Source: Eledone cirrhosa
Lineage: Eukaryota
Assembly (NCBI GenBank): GCA_964016885.1
Contig: OZ024747.1
Coordinates: forward strand, 54,684,001-54,748,000
Direction: 5' to 3'
Length of the DNA stretch: 64,000 nt
Shown in pieces: positions 58,654-64,000 of this stretch. Below the pieces are notes generated by a model. That model saw only the letters and a list, made by a program, of their open reading frames with translations, was not told the DNA's origin and did no database searches. The position numbers were made by a program, and so were the translations under genes. Position 1 is the first letter of the stretch, and each line of letters begins with the position of its first letter.

Positions 58654-58695
<42 letters not shown>

Positions 58696-58876
58696 CTGGG
58701 TGTGTGTGTGTGTCTGTGTGTGTATATGTGTGTGAGTGTGTATGTGTGTATGTATATAAAATTATCCTTTGTCTACACAATGTGATGTCCACTCCTGTAA
58801 TATTCTGCCCACTTATTATGAGACATACTATAGGTGTGAGAGGGGGGGGAGAGGTTGAGTCGTTTAACACACACAC

Positions 58877-58951
<75 letters not shown>

Positions 58952-59240
58952 AAGGTTACCTGTCCGACAGGCCCGTTTAATGTGTAAATTCAAACTGAGA
59001 ATAAAATTGCATATTTAATTGCGTATATAATCAATACCGTTTGTTTGTGGTATGGGTGTATGCCAGATCCAGTGTGTATATGAGTAATATTTGTATACCT
59101 GTACTGCATAGAAATATATGCGATTCTCTCACTCTTTCTCTCTCTATGTCGCTCTCTCTCTCGCTGTCTCTCTGTCTCTCTCTCTCTCTCTCTCTGTCTC
59201 TAGCTCTCTCTCTCTCTTACTCATAATATGTGTATATGTT

Positions 59241-59282
<42 letters not shown>

Positions 59283-59596
59283 CGCAGCAGCAATGATATG
59301 CACATATACACACGTGCACACAAACTTTTAAACAAATACATACATACACACACACAGACACAGAAACACACACACACACACACATACAGACACACGCAGA
59401 CACACACACACACACACACACACATACACACACACATATTCACACACACACACAGAAATATATGCATGAAATAGACCAGAACCATAACCGTTGTAGTTAG
59501 GATGTTGGCTGTTTGACGGTTATGTTGATGATGATGATGATGGTGATTGCGATGATGATGCTCATGATGGTGATACTGCTGCTGATGATGATCATG

Positions 59597-60157
59597 ATAA
59601 CTATTTCTACTTTAGGCACAAGGCTTTCAAATGCCCCAGTGCATTACTGGCACATTATTTTATCGACCCCTCGTAAGGATGAAAGGCAAAGTTAACGTCG
59701 GTGGGATTTGAACTCAGACCGTAAAGTGGCGTAACTCTATGCTACAAAGTATGGCGTCTGACCTTCTACCAATACTGCCAATCAATAATGGTTTCTACTT
59801 TAGGCACAAGATCATCAATTACCCCAGTGTATTACTGGTACTTTATTTTATCGACCCCCGTAAGGATGAACGGTAAAGTTAACCTCGGTGGGATTTAAAC
59901 TCAGAACGTAAAGTGGCGTAACTCTATGCTAAAAAGTATGGCGTCTGACCTTCTACCAATACTGCCAATCAATAATGGTTTCTACTTTAGGCACAAGATC
60001 ATCAATTACCCCAGTGTATTACTGGTACTTTATTTTATCGACCCCCGTAAGGATGAACGGTAAAGTTAACCTCGGTGGGATTTAAACTCAGACCGTAAAG
60101 TGGCGTAACTCTATGCTACAAAGTATGGCGTCTGACCTTCTACCGATACTGCCAATC
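59597..60157 (-). mobile_element. Head-to-tail triplet of SINE family A (187 bp period)
   Basis: Units start at 59597, 59784 and 59971; units 2 and 3 share private variants. Confidence 0.95.
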
Positions 60158-60278
60158 AATAATGATGTTGATTGTGGTGATGATGGTGATAATAATGATG
60201 TTTGCGATAATGATGTCCATGATTGTCAGGGTGATGAAGATGATGATGTTAATGGTGATAATGTTGGTGATGATGATG

Positions 60279-60470
60279 ATAATTGTTTCTACTTTAGGCA
60301 CAATGCCAGCAATTAACCCAGTGTATTACTGGTACTTTATTTTATCGACCCCCCGTAAGGACGAAAGGCAAAGTTGACCCCGGCGGGATTTGATCTCAGA
60401 ATGACAAGGGCCGTAACTCTTTGCGTCAAAGCATGGCGTCCGACCCTCTACCAATACTGCCAATCCACCG
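60279..60470 (-). mobile_element. SINE family A
   Basis: Full-length copy. Confidence 0.9.
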
Positions 60471-60679
60471 GTGATGATGGTGATAATGGTGATTATGATC
60501 GTGATGGTGATGTTGATGATAATAAAGATGCTGAAGATGACGGTGATGTTAATGATGGTAATAGTGAGAATGATGATGATGATGATGGAGTCCGATTGTG
60601 ATTGATGATATTCTAGCTGGTGATAATTATTTTCTGAGTGATAATATCAACAGCGCCCTCGTTGTTGTTGATTGTTTTT

Positions 60680-61745
60680 GTGGTGTTGGTGGTGTTGGTG
60701 GTGGTGGTGGTGGTGGTGATGGTGGTGGTGATGGTGGTGGTGGTGGTGGTGGTGCTGGTGTTGGTGGTGGTGTTGGTGTTGGTGGTGGTTGTGGTGGTGG
60801 TGGTGGTGGTGGTAGTGGTGGTGGTGTTGGTGTTGGTGTTGTTGGTGGTGGTGATGGTGGTGGTGGTGGTGTTGGTGGTGGTGATGGTGGTGTTGGTGGT
60901 GGTGGTGGTGGTGGTGGTGGTGGTGTTGGTGGTGGTGATGGTGGTGGTGGTGGTGGTGATGGTGGTGGTGACGGTGGTAGTGGTGGTTGTGGTGGTGGTG
61001 GTGGTGGTGGTGGTGGTGGTGGTGGTGGTGGTGGTGGTGATGGTGGTGGTGGTGATGGTGGTGGTGACGGTGGTAGTGGTGGTGGTGGTGGTGGTGGTGG
61101 TGGTGGTAGTGGTGGTGGTGTTGGTGGTGGTGTTGGTGTTGGTGTTGTTGGTGGTTGTGGTGGTGGTGGTGGTGGTGGTGGTGGTGGTGGTGGTGGTGTT
61201 GTTGTTGTTGTTGGTGGTGGTGGTGTTGGTGATAGTGCTGTTGGTGGTGGTTGTGGTAGTAGTAGTGGTGGTGGTGGTGGTGGTGGTGGTGGTGGTGATG
61301 GTGGTGGCGATGGTGGTGGTGGTGGTGGTGGTGGTGGTGTTGGGATGGTGCCGTTGGTGGTGGTTGTGGTGGTAGTGGTGCTGGTGGTGGTGATGGTAGT
61401 GGTGGTGGTGGTGGTGGTGGTGTTGGTGTTGGTGATGGTGGTGGTTTGGTGGTGGTGGTGGTGGTGGTGTTGGTGGTGGTGGTGTTGGTGATAGTGCTGT
61501 TGGTGGTGGTTGTGGTGGTAGCGGTGGTGGTGGTGGTGGTGGTGGTGGTGGTGGTGGTGGTGATGGTGGTGATGATGATGGTGGTGGTGGTGGTGGTGTT
61601 GGTGGTGGTGGTGGTGGTGGTGATGGTGGTGGTGATGGTGGTGATGGTGGTGGTGGTGATGGTGGTGGTGGTGGTGGTGGTGGTGTTCGGATGGTGCCGT
61701 TGGTGGTGGTTGTGGTGGTAGTGGTGGTGGAGGTGGTGGTGGTGA
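60680..61745. repeat. (GGT)n cryptic trinucleotide repeat
   Basis: Directly visible; source of the poly-G/V/P/H ORFs. Confidence 0.95.
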
Positions 61746-61831
61746 AGTATGATGTTTACAATGATGATGATGGAAATGATAGCCATAATGATAACGAAGA
61801 TGACACTGCTGATTGTGATGATGATGACGAT

Positions 61832-62948
61832 AATAATTGTTTCTACTTTTGGCACAAGGCCAGCAATTATCCCAGTACATTACTGGTACTTTATTTTATC
61901 ACTACGTAATGATGAAACGCAAAGTTAACCTCGGCGGGATTTTGAACTCAGAACATAAAGGGCCGTAACTCTTTGCTGCAAAACATGGCGTTAGACCTTC
62001 TACCGATACCGACAATCCACCGCCCTTTGATGATGAAGATAATAATTGTTTCTACTTTAGGCACAAGGCCGGCAAATACTCAGTGCATTACTGGTACATT
62101 ATTTTATCGACCCCGTAAGGATGAAAGACGAGGTTGATCTCGGCGGGATTTGAACTCCGAATGGCAAGGGCCGTAACTCTATGCGTCAAAGCATGGCGTC
62201 CGACCCTCTACCGATACTGCCATTCCAGTGCACTGTGCAATGATAACAATGAAATCTGATTTCGGCACAAGATCAATAATTTGAAGGGGGAGGTGGGGGT
62301 GGGGGTTAAAATCAGTTAAAGTTTTAATAATTGTTTCTACTTTAGGCACAAGGCCAGCAATTACTCAGTGCATTACTGGTACTTTATTTTATCGACCCCG
62401 TAAGGATGAAAGGTAAAGTCAACCTCGGCGGGATTTGAACTCAGATCATAAAGGGACGTAACTATGCTGGAAAGCATGGCGTCCGACCCTCTACCGATAC
62501 TGCCAATTCACCGCCTTTGTTGACGCAATTAATAATGGTTACTTATATAGGCAAAAGGACAGCAATTTTGGGGGAGGGGAAAGTCGATCAAATCGACTCC
62601 AGTACGTGACTGGTACTTTATTTTATCGGCCCCGTACGGATGAAAGGCAAATTAAACCTGGGCGGGATTTGAGGTCAGATGATAAAAGTCCGTAATGATA
62701 TGCTGCAAAGCATGGCGTCCGACCCTCTACCGATATTAATAATACTGACGCAATTTATAATTGTTTCTAGTTTTAGCACAAGACCAGCAATTATACCAGT
62801 GTATTACTGGTACTTTATTTTATCGACCCCGTAAGGATAAAAGGCAAAGTTAACCTCGGTGGGATTTGAACTCAGACCGTAAAGGGCCGTAACTCTTTTC
62901 TGCAAAGCATGGCGTCCGACCCTCTACCGATACTGCCAATCCACCTCC
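61832..62948 (-). mobile_element. Five closely spaced SINE family A copies (61832-62025, 62041-62227, 62326-62515, 62531-62737, 62758-62948)
   Basis: Each has tail, core, B-box and A-box regions; the 62531 copy is of the long-tail subfamily. Confidence 0.92.
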
Positions 62949-63360
62949 CCAATAGCTACGTTGGAGTTTGTAGTGGTAATGCTGCGACAGGAGTTGTTGC
63001 AGTTGTTAACTATTGTTGGTGAACATGATGGTGTTGAATAATATTGGGGGATTTGTAGCTTGGTTGTTGGTGTTGTTCGTAGTACTGATGGGGGTTGTTA
63101 TTGGTAATACTACGGTTGTTGGTAATGATGGTGGTGGCGCCAATATGAGATTAGAGATACTGCATAAAAAAAGTGAAATGTATCTCAGAAATAAATTAAA
63201 AGATTGATCGCTTTTCGAAGAGCTTTAAAAAAAATTCAATATATATATATGGATATACATCTAAACCTCCATAGATACACAGAAACACAGATAAATATAT
63301 ATGTATAAAAACATACATGCTTTTAAGCCTCCACAGATACATACAAACACATTCTCACAA

Positions 63361-63396
<36 letters not shown>

Positions 63397-63799
63397 ATGT
63401 GTGGATGTGTGTGTGTGGATGTGAGTGTGTGTGTGTGTGTGTGAGTGTGTGTGTGTACTTTAGTCGGAGTATATATGTGTATTTACCAAGTAATATCCAA
63501 TAAAATCTAAAATGAATCAACAGATGCAGCAGTAGTGGCAGTAGACAAATTTGTTAGTCATATTTCAAGTGGTAAATAAATAGAAACAATTCACTATGTA
63601 AATCTTTTGTGAATTTCAACAAGGCTTTCAACATGCCACTCTGTGTATGCATATGAACTACATGACTCGCTGTCTGTGTCTAAGCATATGAAGTTGCTCT
63701 ATGTTTGCGCTTATTCCCGGCGAAATCTGTATTTGTATGGGCGTGTTACGCTGTCTGGTCGCCATTGTAACCTAACATATGTATTTATGTACGTATATG

Positions 63800-63893
<94 letters not shown>

Positions 63894-64000
63894 TATCGTT
63901 TGTGTGTGTGTATGTATGAATATATATATATATGTATTTATATATATATAAAACATATTCATATATATATATTTATATATATATATATATATATTTATAT

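Noticed and set aside
60598-61880. Gly-rich or Pro/His-rich structural protein ORFs
   Set aside because: A cryptic (GGT)n repeat open in multiple frames on both strands and sandwiched between SINEs.

Overview
AT-rich, extremely microsatellite-dense eukaryotic non-coding DNA. The repeat landscape ((TA)n/(CA)n/(GA)n tracts and a tRNA-derived SINE with a GGGGTCGATAAAATAAAGTACCAGT core) resembles an Octopus-type cephalopod genome; this is an inference. I find no confidently identifiable host gene, and almost all ORF-track entries are translations of simple repeats. The window is a dense layer of mobile DNA: about 25 SINE copies (including a 9-copy same-strand cluster with a head-to-tail triplet), a Helitron inserted exactly into a SINE tail, an internally deleted Tc1/mariner element, decayed RTE-type RT and CRE-type LINE fragments, and large minisatellites. 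The most interesting signal is invisible to the ORF track. About 11 minimal type I hammerhead ribozyme (HHR) motifs (stem I-CUGAUGA-stem II-GAAA-palindromic stem III-UA-stem I) lie in short elements embedded in (TA)n tracts, often inside long fold-back palindromes. A decayed Penelope-type GIY-YIG endonuclease also occurs in the window. Together these point to several families of Penelope-like element termini or retrozyme-like units, including a U3-A8 compensatory core variant. All folds and translations were done by eye and need computational confirmation.
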